Origin: Spirochaetia bacterium
Lineage (GTDB): Bacteria; Spirochaetota; Spirochaetia; SZUA-6; Bin103
Length of the DNA stretch: 64,000 bases
Direction: 5' to 3'
Assembly (NCBI GenBank): GCA_965203055.1
Contig: OZ241863.1
Location: forward strand, 4,224,001-4,288,000
In this document: piece by piece, positions 55,448 through 64,000 of the stretch
Position numbering within the stretch: the first letter of the stretch is position 1
Layout: every line of letters begins with the position of its first letter
Translations under genes and position numbers: made by a program
Notes under the pieces: generated by a model
Told to the model about the DNA's origin: nothing
Seen by the model: only the letters and a program-made list of their open reading frames with translations
The model's database searches: none

Positions 55448-56011
55448 TCAGGGTCCCTCGAGCAGCCGCCGCACCGAGCAGCGCAGTTCGGGAAACGCGA
55501 GCGGAGTCAGCTCCCCGCCGGCGGCGGTCATGATCCGGCGATAGCGATAATCGGTCCCGTCGGGGTTGCGGAACACGACGAGCCGCGACTGCTGCAGATC
55601 GACCACCCAATACTCCGGCACCTGCGACTGCGCGTAGAGGCGCCGCTTCTCCTCCAGGTCCTTGGCCAGGCTGGAATCGGAAAACTCGATCAGCCAGAAG
55701 ATGTCGCCGGGGTAGGGATGATGAGCGAGGTACTCGCGACCGAGTGGCCGCACCACGGCGATGTCCGGCTCCGGCTCGGAGTCGTACCCGGGCAGGGTAA
55801 TCGGGTGGGCCGGCCGCACCACGGCCTGCCCGCCCACCAGCCGGATCAGATACTCGCCGGCCTCGGTCATCAGGTAGGCGTGAGTCATTCGCTCAGGCGA
55901 CATCTCGACGATTTCCCCGCTCAGCAGCTCTACCGGCCGATCGTCGAGCATGCCGCTCGCGACCATGCGGTGGTAATCCTCCAGCGTCCATTTGGCAAGG
56001 GTCACGCTCAC
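55448..56011 (-). CDS. Uma2 family endonuclease
   Basis: WTLEDYHRM, VELLSGEI, EPEPD, IEFSDSS, EYWVVD. Confidence 0.92.
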   Translation of the reverse strand: MSVTLAKWTLEDYHRMVASGMLDDRPVELLSGEIVEMSPERMTHAYLMTEAGEYLIRLVGGQAVVRPAHPITLPGYDSEPEPDIAVVRPLGREYLAHHPYPGDIFWLIEFSDSSLAKDLEEKRRLYAQSQVPEYWVVDLQQSRLVVFRNPDGTDYRYRRIMTAAGGELTPLAFPELRCSVRRLLEGP

Positions 56012-56138
56012 GCCGCCGCTCCGTTCGTCGAAAGACGCTACCCCGCGGCCGTCCATCTGTCCACTCAGGCGCTAGCGGCGCGGCGGCGCGCGGGCGGCTT
56101 GACAGCGGCGCCGCGCTGAGGACTAGGGTAACGCAATC

Positions 56139-57116
56139 ATGGCGGAAGACACGCGACTGTTCGTAGGGACCGTAGGGGAGGGGCTGTACGTCAGCGACGA
56201 CGGCGGCGGCACCTTCAAGCGCAGGGCCGGCAACGGCTTGTACATCGAAGGCGAGGTGCGGGCGCTGGCGGCGCACCCGCGCAACCCGCGCCGCGTCTAT
56301 GCCGGCACCAACGCCGGCGTGTGCCGCTCCGACGACGGCGGCGACACCTGGCAGCGGCTGCCCAGCGCCATGGACGACATGGTGGTGTGGGCGCTGCTGG
56401 TGCTGCCGGGCGCGCCGGATACGATCTTCGCCGGGACGCGGCCGGCGGGCGTGTTCCGCTCCACCGACGGCGGCGACACCTGGCACGACGCGCAGCTCGG
56501 CGCGCAGGTCGAGTGCGCGGTGATCGAATACAACCGCATCACCACCATCATCGCCGATCCGATTGCGCCGCGTTGCGTCTGGGTGGGGGTGGAGATCGAC
56601 GGCTGCTGGCGCAGTAATGACGCCGGCGACACCTGGAGCCGGCACGCCGACGGGCTCTCCTCGCTCGACGTGCACGGCCTGGTGGTGGTGCCCGAGAACG
56701 GCTCCCGCAGGCTGGTCGCGGCGACCAACAACGGCGTCAACGTCAGCGCCGACGAGGGCGCCAGTTGGCAGCGCCAGGAGCTGGGCGCGGTCACCTCCTG
56801 GAACTACTTCCGCGGCATCCGGCAGCACGCCGGGCAGCCCGAAACCCTGTTCCTCGGCAACGGCGACGGCCCGCCCGGATTCGCCGGCGCGGCGTTGCGT
56901 TCGCGCGACGGCGGCCGGAGCTGGGAGCGCATGGAGCTGCCGGCGCAACCCAACTCCACCATCTGGGACTACGCCACCCATGCCGCCGACCCGGAGCTGA
57001 TCTACGCCTACAGTTGCTCCGGCGAACTGTACCGTTCCGCCGACGCCGGCAGCCGCTGGGACAAGATAGGCCGCGAGTTCGGAGAGATCCGCGCGCTGCT
57101 GTGGACGCCGGCATAG
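56139..57116 (+). CDS. Asp-box (BNR) beta-propeller protein, apparently cytoplasmic
   Basis: Seven SxDxGxTW repeats; no signal peptide. Confidence 0.88.
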   Translation: MAEDTRLFVGTVGEGLYVSDDGGGTFKRRAGNGLYIEGEVRALAAHPRNPRRVYAGTNAGVCRSDDGGDTWQRLPSAMDDMVVWALLVLPGAPDTIFAGTRPAGVFRSTDGGDTWHDAQLGAQVECAVIEYNRITTIIADPIAPRCVWVGVEIDGCWRSNDAGDTWSRHADGLSSLDVHGLVVVPENGSRRLVAATNNGVNVSADEGASWQRQELGAVTSWNYFRGIRQHAGQPETLFLGNGDGPPGFAGAALRSRDGGRSWERMELPAQPNSTIWDYATHAADPELIYAYSCSGELYRSADAGSRWDKIGREFGEIRALLWTPA

Positions 57117-57155
57117 ACCGCGGCGGATTCGCCCGGTAGAGTGTCCGTAGCGCCC

Positions 57156-57449
57156 ATGGCAGCGAACGATGCTCCCCAGCCCCGGCAGCGGCTGCTGTAC
57201 GTGCATGCCCAGACCCCCAGCATCCTGTCGCCGGTGCTGGAGATGACCATCTACGAGCCGGTGGCCGGCTTCACGGTGGAGTTGACGGCGGAGGAACCGG
57301 CCGCTCCCTACGCCACCGTGCATGAGGCGGTAGTGGACGGCTGGCAGATCGTGCAGTTCCCGCTGCACCAGGCCGTCTATGACGACGATGAGATCGACAT
57401 GGTGGGATATGAATTCATCCTGCAGAAGATGGAGGTAGTGGAACCATGA
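57156..57449 (+). CDS. Small hypothetical protein coupled to PhyH
   Basis: RQRLLYVH...DGWQIVQFP..YEFILQKME; ATGA overlap. Confidence 0.75.
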   Translation: MAANDAPQPRQRLLYVHAQTPSILSPVLEMTIYEPVAGFTVELTAEEPAAPYATVHEAVVDGWQIVQFPLHQAVYDDDEIDMVGYEFILQKMEVVEP

Positions 57450-58282
57450 GTACGGCAGTCATGGAGGTCGAGACCGCGCCCGCAGCCGGGCAGGAGCCGC
57501 CGGCCGAGCATCTGCTCGACGACCTGCAGGTGGTCGACTTCATCGTCAACGGCTACCACCTCGTGGAGCCGGACCTGCGCCCCGGTCTGAACGAAACGAT
57601 CGCCGCCCGGCTGGATGCGCTGCAGCGCAACCCCGGCGACGCCATCTGCGACGAGGTGCCGGAGCTGCGCGAGGTGCTCGACCATCCCGCGGTGCGCGGC
57701 GCGCTGGTCAGCCTGGCCGGCCGCAACTACGAGGTGATGTTCCACCGCCACTGGCACTGCAAGGAGCCGCGCACCCGCTACATGCACTGGCATCAGGACG
57801 GCAAGAACCGGCGCAACGCCGCCCTCGACCGCTTCCTCGGCCTGTACTACCCGGCCGACGTCACCGCCGACATGGGGCCGACCATCATCGTACCGGCTAC
57901 CCAGTACCGCAACGCCCCCACCGACCGCATGCGCACCTACGGCAACATCCGCGGCCAGGTGCCGCTGGTGGTCAAGGCCGGCACCTTCGCCGTCACCCAC
58001 TACGACCTGTGGCACGGCACCGCCGCCAACCGTTCCGGCCGGCGCCGCCACATGGTCAAGTTCCTGTTCGCGCGCACCGGGGACAACGAGGGCGCCACCT
58101 GGAAACACGATCCGCAGTGCATGAACGCGTTGCGCGACTGGAACCTGCGGGAGCAGGCGCCGGACCCCTTCAACCGGCTCTCCTTCGCCAACCCGCTGAA
58201 CGTGTCGCAGAGCGATTCCTACAAGGAGCGCGCCATTCGCCGCGAAGTATGGGAGCAGCTCACCGGGGAGCCGCTCCGGTAG
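57446..58282 (+). CDS. PhyH-family dioxygenase
   Basis: HWHQD, MGPTIIVP, DLWHG, R-HMVKF. Confidence 0.85.
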   Translation: MSTAVMEVETAPAAGQEPPAEHLLDDLQVVDFIVNGYHLVEPDLRPGLNETIAARLDALQRNPGDAICDEVPELREVLDHPAVRGALVSLAGRNYEVMFHRHWHCKEPRTRYMHWHQDGKNRRNAALDRFLGLYYPADVTADMGPTIIVPATQYRNAPTDRMRTYGNIRGQVPLVVKAGTFAVTHYDLWHGTAANRSGRRRHMVKFLFARTGDNEGATWKHDPQCMNALRDWNLREQAPDPFNRLSFANPLNVSQSDSYKERAIRREVWEQLTGEPLR

Positions 58283-58318
58283 CCGGCTGCCGGAGCCGGG
58301 CCGGCGGCCGGCGGCCGC

Positions 58319-59716
58319 CTACGCGGTGTCGCCGACCTCCACCCGCAGGCGCTCCAGCTCGGCGGTCAGTTCCGCCCGCACCGCGGCGTAGGCGGGGTCG
58401 TCGTAGACGTTGACCAGTTCCTGCGGATCGCGCACCAGATCGAACAGCTCCCACTCCGGCGGCGTCGGCTCCCCGACCGCCCCCGCGGCGTCGAGCGGAT
58501 CGCCGTAGTAGTAGATCAGCTTGTGCGTCTCGGTGCGCACCCCGTAGTGGGCGGCGACGTTGAAGTGCGCGCCGTGCATCCAGTAGCGGTAGTACATCGA
58601 AGTACGCCAGTCGCTCACCGCGGCGCCCTGCAGCAGCGGGCGCAGGCTGCGGCCCGGCAGCTCCTCGGGAATCGCCGCGCCGGCCAGATCGAGCACGGTG
58701 GGCGCAAAGTCGACGTTGAGCACCATGTGGTCGTCGACCAGGCCCGGCTGCGTGACCCCCGGCCCGCGCATCAGCAGCGGGATGCGGATCGACTCCTCGT
58801 ACATGAAGCGCTTGTCGAAGTAGCCGTGGTCGCCCAGGAAGAAGCCGTGGTCGGAGGTGTAGACCACCAGCGTGTCGCCGGCCAGTCCGGCTTCGTCGAG
58901 ATAGCTCAGCAGGCGGCCCAGGTTGTCGTCCACCGAGGCGACGCAGCGCAGGTAGCCTTTGATGAACGACTGATAGTTCCAGCGCAACAGCTCGTCACCG
59001 CTCAATCCGGGCGGCGCCGGCTCCGGTACGTGGTTGCGGCTCATGGACGCCACCTTCTGGGTGGAGCGCGCCGCCGCGGCGGCGCGGTTGCGGTAGTCGT
59101 CGCGCAGGGTCGGCGGTTCGGGCAGGTCGCGGCCGGCGAACATCTCGGCGTGGGCGGCGTCGGCGGTGAACGGGTCATGCGGCGCCTTGTTGCCGAGGTA
59201 GAGGAAGAAGGGCCGCTCCGGGTCGCGCCCGCGCAGCCAGTCCAGCGCCAGGTCGGCCAATACGTCGGTGACGTAGCCGCGCCGCGTCACCGTGCCGCCG
59301 GGCTCGTGGAACTCCGGGTCCACGTACTTGCCCTGCACGGGAAGCACGCTCCAGTGATCGAAGCCCGCCGGGTCGCTGGCGCCGCCGTGACCGAGGTGCC
59401 ATTTGCCGAGGGCGGCGGTCTGGTAGCCGGCGTCGCGCAGCATCATGCCCAGGGTGCGCTCGCGGGTATGGTCGATGACGTCGCTCAAGGTGCGGATGCC
59501 GGTGGTGTGGCTGTACTTGCCGGTGAGCACGGTGGCCCGCGCCGGCGTGCAGATGGCGTTGGTGCAGAAGCAGCGGTCGAAGCGCGCCCCCTCGGCGGCC
59601 AGGCGGTCCAGGTTCGGCGTGGCCACCAGGCTGGGGCCGTAGCCGGAGATCGCCGCCGGCGCATGGTCGTCGGCGATGACGAACAGGATGTTGGGCTGAC
59701 GGTGGGTTCGTGCCAT
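58319..59716 (-). CDS. Sulfatase (Cys-type, N-acetylglucosamine-6-sulfatase-like)
   Basis: PNILFVIADDH, CTPAR, GKWHLG, TSDHGFFLGDHG, DKRFMYEES. Confidence 0.95.
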   Translation of the reverse strand: MARTHRQPNILFVIADDHAPAAISGYGPSLVATPNLDRLAAEGARFDRCFCTNAICTPARATVLTGKYSHTTGIRTLSDVIDHTRERTLGMMLRDAGYQTAALGKWHLGHGGASDPAGFDHWSVLPVQGKYVDPEFHEPGGTVTRRGYVTDVLADLALDWLRGRDPERPFFLYLGNKAPHDPFTADAAHAEMFAGRDLPEPPTLRDDYRNRAAAAARSTQKVASMSRNHVPEPAPPGLSGDELLRWNYQSFIKGYLRCVASVDDNLGRLLSYLDEAGLAGDTLVVYTSDHGFFLGDHGYFDKRFMYEESIRIPLLMRGPGVTQPGLVDDHMVLNVDFAPTVLDLAGAAIPEELPGRSLRPLLQGAAVSDWRTSMYYRYWMHGAHFNVAAHYGVRTETHKLIYYYGDPLDAAGAVGEPTPPEWELFDLVRDPQELVNVYDDPAYAAVRAELTAELERLRVEVGDTA

Positions 59717-59836
59717 GGCGCCATCATCAACCACACCGGCGGCTATGACCAGATGCCTCCCGGCCCGCCCGCCCGCCCGGCGAGATGGTTGACCGTCCGG
59801 GCTGCCCGCGGATAGGTTGGCCGGGAGGCGAAGCGG

Positions 59837-60547
59837 ATGCAGCCGCTACGGATAGCAACGGTAGAGGACCTGGTCCACGTTTTGGACGAGCACCCGCACT
59901 GGCTGGAGGCGGTGCGGTCGCGGCTGCTCACGCGCGAGTTGCTTGAGCTTCCGCAGAAGCTGGCGGAGTTCGCGGCCGACACCGAGCGCCGATTCGAGAC
60001 GCTGGAGCGCCGACTCGAAGCTCTGGAGCGCCGATTCGAGGCGCTGGAGCGCCGACTCGAAGCTCTGGAGCGCCGATTCGACGCGCTGGAGCGCCAACTC
60101 GACCAGCTCCGCACCGACGTTGCTCCCCTCAAGGCCGCCCACGCCAGGAACGAGGCCCGGCACGAAGCCGATCTGATGGCGGAAGAGCAGGGTCTCACGC
60201 TCGTCCATACCCTCGACCGGGAAGAGATTCGGGACCTGGTACGATCCTCCGACACCGACGGCATCTCCAAGCACGAGCTGCGCAGTTTTCGCTTGGCGGA
60301 CATCGTGCTGCGCGCAACCGATAGTGCGGGAGCGGAGTGCTACCTGGCGGTGGAGGTCTCCTACACCGCCAACGGCCGCGACACCTCTCGGGCACAGCGC
60401 AACGCGCGCTTCCTGACCCGCTTTACCGGCCGGCGCGCGTATGCCGTGGTGGCCGGTCTGCGGTTCGACGAGCGTATTCGCCGCAGCGTGGAGTCAGGCG
60501 CGATAGCGTGGTATCAACTGGACCCTGAAGCCCTGGAAGTGGACTGA
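59837..60547 (+). CDS. Coiled-coil repeat plus PD-(D/E)XK-like domain protein
   Basis: ERRFEAL 21-bp repeats; ADIV...AVEVS..DTSRA. Confidence 0.8.
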   Translation: MQPLRIATVEDLVHVLDEHPHWLEAVRSRLLTRELLELPQKLAEFAADTERRFETLERRLEALERRFEALERRLEALERRFDALERQLDQLRTDVAPLKAAHARNEARHEADLMAEEQGLTLVHTLDREEIRDLVRSSDTDGISKHELRSFRLADIVLRATDSAGAECYLAVEVSYTANGRDTSRAQRNARFLTRFTGRRAYAVVAGLRFDERIRRSVESGAIAWYQLDPEALEVD

Positions 60548-60555
60548 CTTCGACT

Positions 60556-61281
60556 ATGGCCACCCAAACCCGGACCAACGGCTCGGCAGCCGGCGCGGTC
60601 GCGCCGGCGCGCCGCCGTATCATTCCATTCGAGAACGGCGACCGCCTCCCGCGCGGGGAGTTCGAACGGCGCTACCTTGCCCGGCCCGACGTCAAGAAGG
60701 CGGAACTGGTCGAAGGAGTGGTCCTCATGCCGTCCCCGGTGCGCGCCACCCATAGCGAGAAGCATGGCGATCTGTTGGGCTGGCTCCGGTTCTACAGCGC
60801 GTCGACCCCCGGCGTCTCGGTGCTCGACAATGCCACCGTGCGGCTGGATCTCGACAACGAACCCCAGCCCGACGCACTGCTGCGTATCGAGTCGGAGACC
60901 ATCGGCCGCTCACGCATCGACGCCGACGACTACGTGGCGGGGCCGCCGGAGCTGGTCGCGGAGGTGGCGGCAAGCAGCGCCGCGTACGACCTGCATGACA
61001 AGCTGCGCGCCTACCGCCGCAACGGCGTGCCGGAATACCTCGTCTGGAGAGTCTACGAGCGCGAGTTCGACTGGTTCGTGCTGACCGACGGCGAATACCG
61101 GCCGCTGGCGCCGGACGCCGCCGGGGTCCTCCACAGCCGGACCTTCCCCGGTCTGCGCCTGGCCCGGCGCGCGCTCCTCGACGGCGACTTCACCGCGGTA
61201 CTCGCCGAACTGAACCGGGGTCTCGACACGGCGGAACACGCCGCCTTCACCGCCAAACTCAAAGCGCCCCGCTCCCGGTGA
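60556..61281 (+). CDS. Uma2 family endonuclease
   Basis: ENGDRL, AELVEG, EPQPD, AEVAASS, EYLVW. Confidence 0.92.
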   Translation: MATQTRTNGSAAGAVAPARRRIIPFENGDRLPRGEFERRYLARPDVKKAELVEGVVLMPSPVRATHSEKHGDLLGWLRFYSASTPGVSVLDNATVRLDLDNEPQPDALLRIESETIGRSRIDADDYVAGPPELVAEVAASSAAYDLHDKLRAYRRNGVPEYLVWRVYEREFDWFVLTDGEYRPLAPDAAGVLHSRTFPGLRLARRALLDGDFTAVLAELNRGLDTAEHAAFTAKLKAPRSR

Positions 61282-61568
61282 CCGGCTCGGTTCCGGTGAA
61301 GTACGCTGGCGGCCGGGTAGCGGCAAGCCCGACGCCGGCGACTCGCTCGCGTCTCACCCGCGCACGCACGTTCTGAACGCCCCCCAGGTGGCCGCATGAT
61401 CGGGGCTGCGCGCGTTCTACTGCAGATCCCGCGAAGTGGCTAACTGACGGCGAAATTTAGCTTAGTTCCTTTTCCTTCTTGCCCACGACCTTCCAGTCAG
61501 GTTCACGTACCGATCAGCAAGCGTATCGACAGAGAGTAACGTAACGCCTCCGTTATTTCGAGTTCTCC

Positions 61569-62454
61569 TTAAAGTTTCCTCGCAACCACGAATACACCGC
61601 TTGTCGACAAGTCACTGTCTCGCATGCCGACGAATCTCCTCGATAGCTCGCTCCTGTGAATAGCCGATACCGTAGATGTCGCGATCTGTGTCTTTACGGT
61701 GAAGCCGTATTCGCGCAACAGATCCATATGGGTCGAGCACGGTTCTCGGTTGATCAAGTACGGTCTTCTACCGCGGACTATCTGCCACAATAGGTCGCTA
61801 CATGCCCAGTGACCATTCCATGCCTCACTCAGCCCATGAGATCTGAAATCGATACGCGGTCGGAAGGTCGTCTACATGCTCCAGCACGGCCTGCGAATAG
61901 ATCAGGTCAACCGACTTTTCTTGTATCACAGCGGGGTCTGACCACGGCGCTCGATAGGTAATCATCCGACCTCCGACTATCGCATCTCTTATTCGTTTTA
62001 CCCGTCGCTCGTCCAGTGCCTTGTTGAGGAGTTCGTCATGGAGTATCGACGACGGGAAGTCATAATTTTCGAGCAACGGAAAGACTCCCGGAAGCTCATG
62101 ATCGTTTGGGATTCTCGATCGTAGTCGGAATAACTCAACCAACTCGTCAAATACTCGCATATTCTCGTCGACACTGACTTTGTTCACAGCATCAAGGCCA
62201 TAATATCTAGCACATCCCGAAAGCAAGGCGGCTAAGCCGCAGCCGATCGAAGCGCCGGGTCCTAACTCTGCGACCGTCTCCGGAATCCCGTTCAATCCGC
62301 AATTCTTCGCGTGAATCAGGTGCCGTAACCACACTGCGTAAGAATATCTCGCCGATTCTGTTCCACCAACACCACCTTTTCTGAGTGCATCTCGGATGTG
62401 TCCGACGAATGGCAGGAACGTACATAGCCCGTAGACTATCGACTTCGTATTCAC
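61569..62454 (-). pseudogene. SAM-dependent methyltransferase with internal deletion/frameshift
   Basis: GTG start after AAGGAG; ELGPG, DLIYSQAVLEHV, then shift at ~61853 to IDFRSHG..WNGHW; low GC. Confidence 0.8.
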
Positions 62455-62713
62455 TGTAAGATACTCCTTGAGGTGGTCCCGGTTGATTAGATTAGACAGT
62501 CCGAGGGGTAGGTTAAGGTGTATCCCGTCGGTTGTCAACGACCCCTCCCTCTGCACCCTCTGCAACCCTCTGCAAATCAGGCGGCGGTAAACCGGGGGTG
62601 GGGTCCGGGGCGGGGGTAGCTGTCCCTGTGGATATGTGGACAACTCCCGCTCCGCGGTGCGCAGCCACTCGCTCCGTTCCCGGTGCTTGCAGTTTGCACC
62701 CCTCCCCATCTCG

Positions 62714-63415
62714 CTACGCCACCTGCCCGGCCGGCGCCGCCACGCCGCAGTACGCCTCCGCCGGCGTCCGCCCGTCCAGCGCCGAGTGGGGGCGTACCTC
62801 GTTGTAGAACTCCATCCACTCCGCGATCACGCGCTGCGCCGCGAAGCCGTCCGCCAACTCGTGCAGGTACACCGCCTCATACTTCACAGCGCTCCTGCGC
62901 CTGTGCCAACGCCAGCAGGCAGAACTCGCTGTCCAGCGTATTCGCCAGTTCCCAGGCCAGCACCCGCCGACTCGCCCAGTCCATCACCGCCACCAAGTAC
63001 AGGTACCCGTCCTGCACCGGGATATAGGTGATGTCTGCGCACCACACCTGATTCGGTCGCGTAATGGTAAGCCCTCTCAACAGATACGGATACACTTGAT
63101 GGTCCGGGTTCGGCACCGTGGTGCGCGGCTTGCGGTAGATCGCCTCCAACCCCAGCAGCCGCATCAGCCGTCGCACCCGGTGGCGCCCCGCCGTTACCCC
63201 TTCCCGCGCCAGATGCCGGGCCAGCTGCCGACTGCCGTAGAACGGGTACTTCAGGTACAACTCGTCGATGCGGCGCATCAAGCTGAGCGTCGCCGCGCTG
63301 GCTCCGCGCGGTCGGTAGTACAGGGCCGAGCGGCATACGCCGAGCAGCCCGCACTGCCGACTCAAGCTGAGACTCGAATGCTCGCGGTCAACTATCAGCC
63401 GTCGTTGCTCCGGGC
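62714..63415 (-). pseudogene. IS3 orfB (DDE integrase) lacking central catalytic region
   Basis: YGSRQ, NQVWCADITYI, then at ~62888 jumps to out-of-frame VKYE..YNEVRPHSAL. Confidence 0.88.
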
Positions 63416-63700
63416 TCAGCGATCGAGCCCGCGCGCTAAAAAATCGCGCTCCACGGTCAACTCGCCGATCTTGGCATGGAGGTCATGGATGAGCGCCTCC
63501 TGCTCGGTGGGGCCGCGCTTGGCGGTCGCGGCGAACAGTTCTTCGAGCCCGGTCTGGGCTTGCCGCTTCCAGACGCTGACCTGATTTGGATGAACTTGGT
63601 GCTTGGCAGCGATCGCCTGGATCGTGCGGTCCCCGCGGAACGCCTCCAGCGCCACCCTGGCTTTGAACTGTGCTGTGAATCGGCGTCGTTTCGTCGCCAT
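63416..63700 (-). CDS. IS3 orfA (HTH) with -1 frameshift signal
   Basis: RRRFTAQFKARVALEA, KIGELTVERDFL; T-TTT-TTA (63437-63443) followed by GGGCTC..GAGCCC hairpin. Confidence 0.92.
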   Translation of the reverse strand: MATKRRRFTAQFKARVALEAFRGDRTIQAIAAKHQVHPNQVSVWKRQAQTGLEELFAATAKRGPTEQEALIHDLHAKIGELTVERDFLARGLDR

Positions 63701-64000
63701 CCCCTTGGCCCTCCTCATGGCCTGGAATACACCTTAACCTCCTGTCCAATTTTCCGTGACCACCTCACCATTCCTCGCCGGATTGAAGTGGCGAAGCAGG
63801 ATACAACCCAACCAGCTACTGGCTCATTTCTGAGATCAAGCGCCACATTCGCTACTACGGTGGCGAGCATCCTTGTGAGATTCGCTATCATCGCCCCATA
63901 ATCCTGGGTCCGTTATGTTAAGGGGTAGGCTCTGGCTCCGGTTGTGATGGCCATGGAAGTTAAGCTAAGCCGCAAGCCCTTACGCAGCGACCGAGTTGAC

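Larger units (their letters stand above)
62469..63767 (-). mobile_element. IS3-family insertion sequence, internally deleted
   Basis: TG...CA ends with IR TGAGGTGGTC(C/A)CGG; orfA/orfB layout; no clear target duplication. Confidence 0.92.

Noticed and set aside
138..60623. Many long Arg/Gly/Pro/Ala-rich ORFs (e.g. 8654-10780, 22612-24720, 24784-27396, 45875-48196)
   Set aside because: Antisense or off-frame shadows of motif-bearing genes, expected in high-GC DNA
63768..64000. Possible CDS right of the IS3
   Set aside because: Minus-strand frames are broken by stops and no motif was recognised on either strand

Overview
High-GC chromosomal window. The host is probably a Spirochaetaceae-like bacterium, possibly host- or sponge-associated; this is inferred from an AFAGGEA-type solute-binding signal peptide, a CSFDY LptC, and abundant sulfatases, PhyH, Uma2 and Rpn genes. 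Metabolic blocks: Opp/Dpp ABC transporter, TauD dioxygenase, three Cys-type sulfatases, a GHL6/GH151-like hydrolase, K+ channel, formaldehyde dehydrogenase, an A1-type cytochrome c oxidase operon, a GcvT-type dimethylglycine oxidoreductase, an orphan XDH Mo subunit, ADH/AKR and two PhyH genes. These are interleaved with dense accessory or defence-like modules: RHH-MNT/HEPN, PIN plus an unusual partner, two ABC-ATPase+TOPRIM pairs, two Rpn nucleases with internal start sites, four Uma2 genes, AAA_14-DUF4143, AAA-PDDEXK, a DUF222-like HNH and a deleted IS3. Three structures stand out. (i) A transposase-less HNH gene with its own leaderless promoter, six in-frame 14-bp palindromes and flanking 13-bp direct repeats (49.2-50.8 kb). 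(ii) A 30-41 kb amplification/erosion zone in which a ~300-bp promoter+RBS module recurs 4-5 times ahead of variable-length membrane-anchored coiled-coil (Bdr-like) genes. (iii) An Rpn tandem with a triplicated leader. Several genes carry clean internal deletions. No rRNA, tRNA, CRISPR array or reverse transcriptase was seen. Family calls come from motif recognition only; no database searches were run.
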